Source: Trichosphaerium sp. ATCC 40318 (Eukaryota; Protista; Tubulinea). From it: a stretch of DNA of 38,573 nt. The notes below the pieces were generated by a model. It was not told the DNA's origin. It did not search any database and saw nothing but the letters and a program-made list of their open reading frames with translations. The translations under genes and the position numbers were made by a program. Where the stretch lies: assembly GCA_038496445.1 (NCBI GenBank), contig JALMLS010000606.1, forward strand, positions 1-38,573, written 5' to 3'. Positions 11,325-22,065 of the stretch are shown in pieces (the first letter of the stretch is position 1; every line of letters starts with the position of its first letter).

Positions 11325-13261
11325 ATGAGCGTAAAGCTAGAAAGATTGTACGTGCTATGTTACTGTCGCGTTGGAAGCGTATTGCGTTTGTTATTAGCTA
11401 ATATAGTGTAGGCTAGCCCAAAACCGTACAAAACGTACTAAAGTAGGATTAGCGCGCGTCATAGATGCTGTGGGTAAACAAATGGGCGTTACGCACCTAG
11501 ATGGTTGGTATGACGTTTCAACAAGCCAATTAGTCGAGACGAAGGCGCACTTTCATCTCAAGTACCCAAAAAGCAGCTAAAGAAATGCTTTTGAACTAAA
11601 AATCCCCAGAAAACGTTTCTCGGGCTCAATATCACGTATTATGTCGTACACGTTCCCAAATCATAGATGGGAGTCATGGCGCTTTCGGTATGAAACATGC
11701 AAACCGCCACCAGCTAGACTTTTATTCACTTAAAACTTTTTAAATAAATACCGCTAATAGTCCTTTAGATCAGCACCCCACAACTTCTGGTCGAGTATGG
11801 CAAATCAGCAAATGCGTCTAGATTATATTGGGAAGAGTCTGGGCGTTTTTGAGCTCTCTGGATGGTATAATATTATTATTGAAGATATCTTTGATCAAGG
11901 TGGACAAACTCTACTGTACGTTAGTTCACAAATGATCCAAGCGTCTAGAAGTACACTGACACCATCTAGAAACAAGTACGGACGATCCTTAAGCAACCTA
12001 CTAGCACTTATGTACCCCAATTATGCATGGGATAAATCTCGCTTCAGGTACGTGTTATTGCGTATGTACCTTGATGTAATATCCCTAGATGCGCTCCTAG
12101 AGGATACTGGCAGACTGTGCCAAACCAAAGCGCTTTTTTAAAGAAACTACAGAGTGCTTACAAAATAACTAACAAGGACATGTGGTATGCTTTTGTTTTA
12201 TTCTTCTTGGTTTTTTCTGTTTTTTTTTACATCATAACGCGGTGCCTAATACAGACTTTAAGGTATCGGATGTCTCGGTCACAAATTGAAGAACAAGGAG
12301 GAAAAGGTATACTTCGTTATTGGCCTCATATACTCTATGTTCTTGATGCAAATACTGAATGGGAGTGGCATCGATTTAAGCACATGAATAAGACCTCAAA
12401 ACAATTGTACGTTATCAGTTGATATAACACAGTTTTTTAACAAGGCCTAAACACTCAAGCGAACTTGTTGGTTGCATGCTTTAAGTTTAAAAACATGCGT
12501 GTCGTTCAGAGACCACAAGGAGATAAAATATCCTTGACTTCGCTTCAGATTTTAAAAGCTATTTTTAGTTCGAACAATTGTTTATTTTACAACGCTCACT
12601 GTTCTAGTTTACTGCTCCGTTGTATTAAATACCTTTTCCCAAATATGCATGTAATTGAAGAGCACTTGATTGGAATGTATGGTAGCGGACAACAATCCCT
12701 CACATTAGACATTTATGTGCCTAAATTAAAACTTGCCTTAGAATACCAAGGTAATTTTTTTTCTTTTTGCCGCACTTAACACTGTGACATCTTACTCATA
12801 TTTCACCTCTTAGGCGAGCACCATTATAAAGATGGTATATTTGCTGAACATTATGCGCTTGTACATCGTTCTTTAGACTCAGAAAAGATTCAACAATGCA
12901 CAGATAATGGTAAGTATTTTCTCTTGTTTTTTTTTTCCTTCTTTGGTTTTCTTCCTCTTTAGTGTTAACACTAAGTTTAGATATTTGTCTTGTTCCTATC
13001 CCTTATGCGTACGAAATACACTGAATATTGAGATACTCCAGACAACTCATATTCTGTTTTCTGTTTAGGTGGGCTGGTGATATTGGTACCATAGCTGCAA
13101 CTATAAAGTATTACATGCCAACAGCTCCTTTGGATGTTCCACGCTTTTCAAAACCTCTTCTTAACTTGAGACTGCCTGGACGAAAAGGTAAGAAAGAGTT
13201 AAGGCCAAAAATGGCGTTGTATAGCCAGCAAGGAATACTTCTTTTACCTCCTCTTACGTGA
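11325..13261 (+). CDS. Trp-rich repeat protein with a C-terminal PD-(D/E)XK-like endonuclease domain (about 11 exons; both ends uncertain)
   Basis: Three repeats (GWYDVSTSQL…FPNHRWESWRF; NFWSSMANQ…GWYNI…GGQTLL…YPNYAWDKSRF; GYWQTVPNQ…WYRM…GGKGIL…WEWHRF), then LTLDIYVPKLKLALEYQG|EHHY…DSEKIQQC…LVPIPYA|W. Confidence 0.75.
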
Positions 13262-13972
13262 TATGAACAACTTTTTTTCTAACTTTTTTATGATTCTTGA
13301 ACTCTTATGTTACTATACAGGAGGTGATACTTTCATGAGACCACAACGAGTTGCACCTATATAGAGTAAGAATTCTTGGTGACAACTACGCAGATTAGCT
13401 ACCAGAATCAACGCTTCAGATGGACGGTATTGCATACTAATTGACTGTGCTCAGCCATTAGTACTGAGACTCGTCTTCCATCTTACTTATTCCTCAAGAT
13501 TTATTATGAGAAGACACTCAGAGTTATTTGTCACAGTGTTCTAGTACAGAATTAGTTAACATGAGAAGACGCTGCACATGTGCATTCTCAAAACGCTCCC
13601 TGAATGTCTCCGCCTTCACAAAAGGGTTCGGTAGTAGTCACAGCTCTCAATACCTCAACACTGTGTTTCCTAAGCACTAATGATATAAATACAAGAAGAT
13701 GTAAACCACGTGTTAGTCTTTAGGGGAAAACAGCCGCAAATAAAGCACAAGATTACTGGTTATGTAGTTCATGTTTAAAAATATCATGATCACAAGTTAT
13801 TTAACAGCACTGGATCGTCTTATTAGCCGCGTTATGATGCTAGCAAGTATTTACCCTACCCGCCACTGAACACATGTATATCTTTTACATGGACTGACAA
13901 GGTGCAGCCACCTCATAATTTTAACGAGAGCTCATTGAATATGGTAATGACGAGGAGCTGAACTTGGTTTAT

Positions 13973-15432
13973 TTACTTAGATGGCTCAAACTGACCCTCA
14001 ACAGTTGTACGGTGCATCACACGCAGTCCAACCTCTGAAACAGGCAACTGAGTCTCAGGAGATGCTTCATGACCAACAGCCAAATTATCACTAATTATCA
14101 AGTCTCCTTGTTCCCTAGAGTGTATTAGTCAACAAAAACGAACAATATGGTGTTAACAAAAGTGACAGTGTACCATTTATGATGGTAAACATTCTCTGGC
14201 TTGACGAATTCTTCTAATATTTCAGCAAACAACGCTTCTGTTTCAACAACATCTGTGATTTTAGGGTTCTGTGTGTTCTTGTCTATATCCCATACAAATG
14301 CACCTAAAAAGCAAATGAGGCTAAATTACACGTGTCATGCCAGTCCAAATGACATAAAATGTGGCTACCATTTTTTTTGGAAAATCTTCAAGCTTTAAAC
14401 GTACTTGTCATGCCAAGGTGTAAGCACATTGTTTGTTCACCAGTAACAGGATGATTATATATCATAGGATGCATGCATCCACCATTATTATTACTTGCAC
14501 CTACCATCCATAACCGGTTCCTGTAGTTTCGAATTAGATAGTTATTTAGTACTGTATGTACAGTTCACATCATTCAAATTCTCTACTTTTTTTTTCCCCA
14601 CCTCACAAAAACGCCTTGAATTTTATTTGGCTATAAAAAGAGTACTTACAATGAGGCAAGAGAAAAAAAAAGGGTAGAAAATTTGAACGATGTGAACTGT
14701 ACAGGATACCGCGAATTTCGTGGCAGATGACCGGTAACCCAAACGATTTTAGAAGCAAAAAGTGGTTGCCGTGTTTACAAGTAGGACTTGTTCTACCTGA
14801 GATTTTGGCCATCTGCCACGTAAAGTACGGTACTAAGTCTTCATGATGAATGAAAGAAAAGTACGGACCATTTCTCATATTTTTCTTTTGGTAGCTTTGA
14901 GAGTATGTTCGATAGGTCAGCAAAAGAGGTTGCTCCTTTTTTGGGTACGTTTACAATGTGGTAAATAACGTAGGAGTACGGTTTTTGTAAAAAGCTTCCG
15001 TCAATATGCCAACCTAAGCGACTGTGATTGGAATTGATACCTTCTCGGCAGTTTGACGTTAAAACTATTCGTAGTCGTTACCTGTTCTCCCAACAAACCG
15101 GCAGCCCTCATTTTTATCGTTAGAAACGCGAAAAACCTCCTAGTTACCCACTTAGTATTAGTATAAACTCAAAAAGCACAAAATAAGGTTTCTACCGGAT
15201 GTGGTGACTTCTCATGCTTATAAAAAGTTGAAATGACGCCTCCCATCAAGTTTGATAATTTCACTTGCTCATTCCCTGTTAAAACGCCTTGATCTTTGAA
15301 CACCAATAGTTTGTGCTTATGTGCGAGCTTTTTAATTTCGTTGGCAGTTTCTTGCGTCAAAGTACTCTTTAATGACACATTACGCACTTCGACGCCTACA
15401 AGCGGTAGCCGGGTGAACCTAGCAGAACGCAT
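13973..15432 (-). CDS. TauD/TfdA-family Fe(II)/2-oxoglutarate dioxygenase (6 exons)
   Basis: GVEV, HKLLVFKDQ, GWHIDGSF (HxD), HPMIYNHPVTG, HKW..GDLIISDNLAVGH, RVMHRTT. Confidence 0.9.
14561..14699. mobile_element. 139-bp MITE-like foldback element (Tc1/mariner-type ends) in TauD intron 3
   Basis: TA|CAGTTCACATCATTCAAATTCTCTAC…GTAGAAAATTTGAACGATGTGAACTG|TA: 26-bp inverted repeats with 2 mismatches, TA on both flanks. Confidence 0.75.
14709..14830. mobile_element. 122-bp MITE-like element (CCG…CGG ends, TA flanks) in the same intron
   Basis: TA|CCGCGAATTTCGTGGCAGATGACC…GGCCATCTGCCACGTAAAGTACGG|TA. The 14-bp core inverted repeat has 1 mismatch. Confidence 0.65.
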
Positions 15433-15464
15433 ACGTGAAAAATAAACTCAAGCTGCCGTTGACC

Positions 15465-15482
15465 TTTGAACAATTGTTCAAA
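15465..15482. promoter_or_regulatory. Perfect 18-bp palindrome just upstream of the TauD ATG
   Basis: TTTGAACAATTGTTCAAA, with TCACGTGA nearby at 15547. Confidence 0.3.
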
Positions 15483-15792
15483 TCTCTCACTCAGATGCTC
15501 GCTTTGGATGATGGCCCTAAGTGTCAAACATGACATTCGTATTTTTTCACGTGATTTTTGCTAAAATCTTTTTAGGGCTTGAAAAAAACAAGGTAAAAAA
15601 AAACAAAATCGTAACTGGTATTTACAAAATTCTATTGCATTACAACAAGTAGTACACAGCATGCTGATACTATTAATTAATTTAAACTCTCTTGGCGGTT
15701 ACCTTTAGGTTCACATGCATATAGTGATATCCTACATAAACGGCTAGTCAACCAGGTGTCAAGCCTGTTTAGTTTTGGATTTTTTTTTGTTT

Positions 15793-17025
15793 TCAACGCT
15801 TTTTCAATTTGAGTTTAACTCCCGGTGTAACGTTTACACCTGTGACACCTTTACCAGCGCTAGCTACTTGAGCATTTAGCATATTCTCCCAGTTTTCACC
15901 AAGAAGAAGCTTTCTAATCCTATCACGCTGTTTTGGACGATGTTGAGGACATCTTAAAGTCTTGGTGCACATGCGTCCAGTTTTTTGAGAAATAACACCA
16001 CATTTCAGCTGGAGTTGCTTTACGAGGAATTGGAGAGGTTCTGATTCCTTTAAACGCTCTATAATACTCTTCTCTCTTGATGAAAAATCTTTAGTCTTCT
16101 ATAAGGTAACAGTCAGAAGAGATCAAGAGGAGACAAGTCAAAATATTTTGTCAAAAAAAAAAAAGAATCTTCGATAAAGAATACGTACCCTAACGCGAGC
16201 AGGCTTTGTTGCTTTCTTGTTTGTGGCTTTATCAGAGTATGTGCCATCCTCGTCTTCATTATCATCAAATGATTCTACAACCAAAGTCCGTTGTTTACCA
16301 GTATGTGCTGCACGTCGTCTATTACTTAACATGCAATTGTCTAAGTGTCTTGCAAAGAAAGAAGGTCCGCAAAACTGCCCACACTACGTACATATGTTAA
16401 AAAAAATATGTTGGTTGTATTGCTTAAGTATGTAACATACATTAGGACATAGAACTTTTTCAATGTAGTTTCGCGGTTCTTCGCCGTTGTTCACTGCTAA
16501 CTTTTGACCTGTCAATATATCATGTCCTTTTTTAGCCAGTGGTTCTATCAAAGGAGTTATTTTATTGTTAATATTTGTTTTGTAGAGAAGCAAAATATGC
16601 GGAAGAAAAAAAGCCTCCGGGTCAAACATGGTCTTCAACTGTAGTAATCTTTTTAGACATGTTGGTTTAATTGTTTGGAGTAATAAATTTTGGATTGGTT
16701 AGACGTCATTTGTTGCGCGCCAAAATAAAAAAAAAATGTCCCAAATGGATCATTATCAAACTAAAACGTGTGTCTTACCTGAACCATTGATGCCTAATTT
16801 CTTGTTACGGTGTACCTCATAACAAACTTCGAGGCACAATTCGTTCAGAATTTCATCGAACACCTTAAATAGCTATGCCAGCGCGTCAGTTTTGCGATAG
16901 CGTTCGAAAATGTGAGTCAACTTTTTGTATTGGCGTACTGCTTCATGCTTTAGTGAGGGTGTATCATATTTTTGAGTGTATTGTACAAGTTGTGCGTAAT
17001 AGGCACGTAGAGCCTCTTCGTTCAT
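15793..17025 (-). CDS. ATXN7L3: SAGA deubiquitination module subunit Sgf11/ataxin-7-like 3 (Sgf11 helix, Zn finger, SCA7 domain)
   Basis: VFDEILNELCLEVCYEVHR; CPN|CGQFCGPSFFARHLDNCM; KCGVISQKTGRMCTKTLRCPQH. Start codon uncertain. Confidence 0.85.
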
Positions 17026-17435
17026 CTGATCATCGCCTTGGGACTTTTTCTTATCTCGTGGTTGTTTTTGCCCTCTGTTACGAGTGAATATTATTTTTTT
17101 AAGCCAATGAGGTGGTTTTAATGCGTGTAGGGTACGTGTCAAGTGATCCGCTACAAAAGAGGAGAAAAGCGCCTTTTTACGCGAATTTTGGCGTTAAACT
17201 TACTTTTTATACGGCAATTGATTGTATTGGAAGGTTTAAATGTAAATATTAATTTGAAAAAAAAGCAAATTTCTATTTGGTTGAGTTTTTCTGAACGTAG
17301 CCCAGAATGAAAACGCTAAACACGTACGAATGCGCATGGCCTTCGCGTACAGGCACAGCTTTACTACCACTCTTGCCTTAAATGATTTCTGTGAGATCTA
17401 CAAAACCCTTTATGTACGCACGTAGATCCATAGAG

Positions 17436-18046
17436 TTACTGAGGGTGCCGTAGCCATCTTGTTGACCGTTTGGCAGTGGTAAAAGTCTTATAATTGTAAA
17501 TATTGTAGATTCTTTAAAAAGAGTACCTTGGGTCACAAGGAAGTGCATCCTTGCGTCTGGAATACTTGATAGCGCCTTCGCTATGAAAGCTAGATGGTGC
17601 TGTATGAGAGTACATGCCCATTGATGTACCGTGAGCCATGGAAATGCCATTTGGTCCTGCTCCAGAAAAAAAGTGATCTCCTTGTGAAGGACTACACAAC
17701 AAAAGCGTCAACAGGTAAGAAGAGTTGTATGATATTCATAGTAATTTCGGTCATACCTTGCACGAGGAAAAGAACTTTGAAGTCTACAAGAGCGTTTAGA
17801 GAACAGTCATGAACAGCAAACCAAGGAAAAACAAAGCTTATGTTTGTTCAACGGTTTTTTTTTTTCCAAAAGAGATCATTCGTACCGTGGATCCATACCA
17901 TTAGAACCTCTCATATCATAGGGTATACTACCTAGTAATGCCATTCTATGTTTTTCATCCGCACCAGGTATCATCGGACGATTAGAATTGATAAATGGCT
18001 CAGGAGTGTACATGGGAGTCATGTTATTTGTGCTGCCACCGTACAT
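17436..18046 (-). CDS. Small low-complexity (Met/Gly/Pro/Ser-rich) hypothetical protein, 4 exons
   Basis: MYGGSTNNMTPMYTPEP…GMDPR|LQSSFPRAS|PSQGDHFF…LPCDPR|WLRHPQ*. All introns GT-AG and phase-consistent. Confidence 0.65.
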
Positions 18047-18809
18047 TCTTTTTCTGACAACACGTGTTGTAGCTTTTGAGTGTAGTTTTTTCTAAAGTGT
18101 ATGTTAGAATACTGTTAGTTCTGTCAGAGTAATTAAAGGCCACATGACTTCTATCTACTGTTTGGAATTGCTGAACAAACTAAAAGACCTTTAAAAGAGC
18201 AAAAGATCTACTTTGTAAGCGTTTTACGACTGTGTGTAGCGTTTCGCAGCATGTGCCATTTTTCATGTTGCGACTGAACGTTACAACAGAGCACTAGTGT
18301 TGTTTTTACTCTTTTTAAGCCTTGGTGTAACGGAACGCATTGTAAAACAGCATACAATCGCTCAAAAGATATTATTACCCTTCTTACGAATGATTGTGCG
18401 GTACAAAAGCCAAAAGCAGATTTTCAGATACTTCTATGTTCTAACGATGTCGTTTCGTACCGGTAATGTAGTAAGAGCGCCTTGATACTTTAGCAGCTTT
18501 GTTTTTAGGCCAATGATCGATTATTTTTAAGTCGTTACTTTTTGTTAAACAACTTAAAAATGCAGTCTTTCTGCTGTTTTCGGCGTCCGTTTACCTCAGC
18601 GAGCTTGTTTATGTCTTAAGTGGAACGCCGATAAAAAGCCACTTTATACTTTGGGTAGTTTCACTCTGATACGTACAAGTGATGCTATGAACGAATCACG
18701 TGATAACAAATGGAAAAAACATGATGTGACGCTATCGTTGAAGTCCATAATTTATTTTGTATTAGGTGGACTCGTAGCGCATCGTGAGTGTCCTTTTCTT
18801 ACTTTTGTT

Positions 18810-20327
18810 TTAAACAGTAGATATCCTACTGCTTTCTGTTGGACAAACCAACTTATCTGAAGGGTTCCAAGATCGAGGTTTCTGAGCTAGTGATAAAAAG
18901 AGCGAGTTCCATGTGGCTACTGCCAAAGATTGGTGAGCGAGTTTGTTAGGATGGAAGCAATCAAGTGTTGAAAGGAAATCTAGCGAAGGGATCCTGACTG
19001 AGTGTCTTGTTAAAGAAACAAAGGTGAACAAAAAAATATGTCAAAACGAAAAAAACAACTTTATCTTTGTGGATACGTCCGAAAGAGTAGGTTTGGTAAA
19101 TCACTGTGAATTCTGGTAAGGCTTTCTCTTTCCATTCCCTGGATATTTTAATAACTCTTTCACGGAACTTTGTCAGTATTACATCAGCTAACAACCTAAA
19201 AATAAGGTTAGGCTTTTGACAAGCTTTTTTTTCGGTTGTTTTTTTGCTTTTTTTGACTACGTACCTCTTCGTCTCGTTTGATGTGAAAGCACATGGGCAC
19301 TCTATAGGTATTACCTTATGAAATACGAAGCAATAGTCATGATGCTGTGTAAGATTATAGATACCAGTGAGGTTAAACATTGGTATGATATTAACAATTG
19401 TTTTTGGAAAGTTTTCATAGGCGAATTGTATTGCATTGTTCATATACGTTTCATAGTCATCAACTACTTTATCAATATCATTCATGTCCCCATCACATAA
19501 TGGACAAACAGTATTGGCACCTAACGCAATGATTAAGAACAGAAAGGGAGAGGGTAAGGTACCCATGAGAATGTTTAAAAATTTCCAGTCTTTTTGCATA
19601 TCTATTGTTTTTTGAGCTTGCATTGTAGTCAAGATGTGACGGTCAATGTTAAGGGAATATTATACTGTCAACTGTTAAAAAATGAAAGTGGATTGGATAC
19701 TCAAGTTGGTGTTTGAACTCTGATGTACCGCTCGCTGCATTAGATTGAGCGGCATTTAGAACATCATTGTCATAGTAACCCTAATTTTATGATGTCATTA
19801 ACCAATCTAATGGAACGAGAGCCACGCGCCTCTCCTGGTAGTTCGACTAAATGACTTCCGTGAGAAGCTCCAAAAACGCTTGGGCTATAGTGCTTCATAA
19901 AATTGAAGAGCGTCGTAGCATTGTCATCGCCTCCAAGCTGGAAAACTTGACCTACAATCCAATTACAATTTTTTTTTTGGAAAGAGTTCAGTGCTGCCTT
20001 GAGCACGTGATTCCTTGCTGCTCTCACGTGTGCCTTACCTCTGTATTCATCAATGCCTCCTTCTAACCCTTCAAGGCCAAATCCAGCAGACATGCTATCG
20101 CCGAGAGACATCATTACTTTGATGTTCTTTGGGATATTAGAAGTTTCATCGTAAATTGGCCTTGGTTGTTTTTTGTTCAAATTAAGCAATATAACGGTTT
20201 AAACGTTCGTTGAGCGTACCGATGGCGCTACATCATTAACGTCCCGTGGAATATGAGGTGGTAGTGATGGGCAGGACGTAATATCGCCTAAAGCTTGCGC
20301 GGCTAGTAGAAGCACAAAGAGAAGCAT
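18810..20327 (-). CDS. Secreted phospholipase B1-like GDSL/SGNH lipase (8 exons)
   Basis: Signal peptide; IKVMMSLGDSMSAGFG; LNAAQS; DWKFLNILMGAN; ECPC; LSTLDCFHP catalytic DxxH. Confidence 0.9.
18998..19076 (-). other. U12-type-like GT-AG intron
   Basis: Donor GTATCC, branch-like TTTCTTTAAC 11 nt before the AG end. Removal restores GLRIPSLDFLSTLDCFHP. Confidence 0.65.
19640..19700 (-). other. U12-type-like intron with apparent GT-CG termini
   Basis: Donor GTATCC, branch TTCCCTTAAC, end ATTGACCG. Removal gives HQLDHILTTMQAQ. No in-phase AG is available near the branch site. Confidence 0.55.
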
Positions 20328-20371
20328 CGTTTGGGCGAGCAGTTACTAATGTGTGATTAAGTACAGCCAAA

Positions 20372-21361
20372 ATGGCTGAAACACTTGAACAGGGCACCGA
20401 ACCTTCAACATTTCCAGAAGTTGACGCACCACACGACGAAACGCCGTCAAGTGATAAAACTTTTGATGATACACCAAAGTCTAATTTACAGTTGAAAGTT
20501 CCTCCTGTTGATAATGCAGCTATTTTCGATGCCTTTTGTAATGACTACAGCGAGTACATAAAATTTGAAGAGCTTACAGAAGCAAATGTACGGGAATCAA
20601 CACAAAACGCCACTAATGAACAGTGACGCTATAAATTGACGCTCTTATGACAATTCGTAGATTGCTACCATTTGTGAGACAGTTGAGAGCATGTTGACGC
20701 GGTTAGCGGAGCTAGGCACTCTAGTGAGCACGGTACGACTTTCAAAGCTTTAATATTTACCCACAAAGTGTCAAATTACACTCGACGCGATTAAAATCTC
20801 TCAACACGCTTGAATACTTGATATAATCACATGACTAACTTGTCACCAAAGATATCTAAAGAAACACAAGAAAAAACAATAGTGGCCATGCCTCTCATTC
20901 AACAACACGCGTCTAAACTTCTTAAAGTATATAAATCGATTGACGACATTGAGGTATGTACATCTCTTTACAGGCAGGATTTTCGCCCAAGTTTTTTCTC
21001 TACATGCTGAGTAGCGTCTCGCACTGTTCTGGTTATTAACCTTGTTCTCACTCCTTCCCAAGCAATTTATAGGCCAGATGAAACAAAACATAACTGCTCT
21101 GGAATCGCGATGTACTGCAACTGAAGCAGCGACTAAAACAATAACAATTAACCGCGTTGTGAGCTTTTTTAAGTCTGTACGTGTCTCTTATTTGAAACGT
21201 TTTCTTTTATTGTAGATTCCTAAAATACGTCTAATACTCTTTTTTAGCGTGGTAAACAGCCTCCACCAAAAGAAGATTGGCAACCAATCGATTTTGTAAA
21301 TTCCGAAGAGTTTTTTGCTCAAATGAGGGCTGAAGCTTCACAGACCAATGATGATACCTAA
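20372..21361 (+). CDS. BLOC1S4: BLOC-1 subunit 4 (Cappuccino)/BCAS4-family protein (5 exons)
   Basis: ICETVESMLTRLAELGTLVST…MPLIQQHASKLLKVYKSIDDIEQFIGQMKQNITALESRCTATEA…WQPIDFVNSEEFF matches the family pattern as I recall it. Confidence 0.75.
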
Positions 21362-21465
21362 GCAATTAAAGAAAACGCATCTTTTTTTAAAAAAACGGTC
21401 GCATTGCTCCGTCATAAATAAGAAACCGAGTTGTAAATAATCCTTTCATAAAAGAATAAGTTTTC

Positions 21466-21945
21466 CGTGACAACCATCATTTTTTTTGAAGTTCAGCGGT
21501 GGGAAAAAGCATTTCAACATACAAATAATGCTAGTGAATCAACAACCAAGCCAAAGAAGGTTGACGTGTTTACCGATGGTACAAAGCACTAATGAATTGG
21601 GGCGTAAATAATTAGTCCATTGGAATTATTTCAGTTGGTGGAAGAGTGAGTGCCTCTTTTGTTGGAAAGAGGTGATAAGTTGTTGGTACCGTGAAGCGTA
21701 AACATAAATTAGCCAATGGATATGGTGTACATTTGTAAGTAGTATCCAGCACCGCTTCAATAGTGGAAGGAACAGTGATTTCATTTGCTTGACATCAACA
21801 GAGCAAATCCAGTTGAAACAGTTTCAACTTCTCAACAAGGTACTTGTAGCAGGTAATACCAATTCTAACTTTGTTGGTACCCTAGCATGAATTGACTCAA
21901 CCGCTAATCACTAAAGATGAACAAAGAAATTTAAAGAAGGTATGC
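21466..21945. pseudogene. Mosaic of decayed gene fragments (RasGEF last exon and LPMO last exon)
   Basis: 21491-21517 is identical to 35118-35144. About 21716-21881 aligns with about 7824-8032 with many small deletions. Confidence 0.75.
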
Positions 21946-22065
21946 GTGTCGTTGCTATGCACAAGAAAGCTAATGCCGAACATTATCAGACGAATAGACG
22001 TAAACGTCTCTATTTATACTCAAGAGCGCTTACAAATAGCTAAGGATTAAACTAGCTACCATCAT

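Noticed and set aside
15458-15470. GTTGACCTT resembling the 5' end of dictyostelid Class I RNAs
   Set aside because: The match stops after 9 nt and there is no complementary 3' stem.
16545-16778. snoRNA in the long Sgf11 intron (and in the long RasGEF and DDX27 introns)
   Set aside because: No convincing paired C/D or H/ACA boxes; only weak stems.
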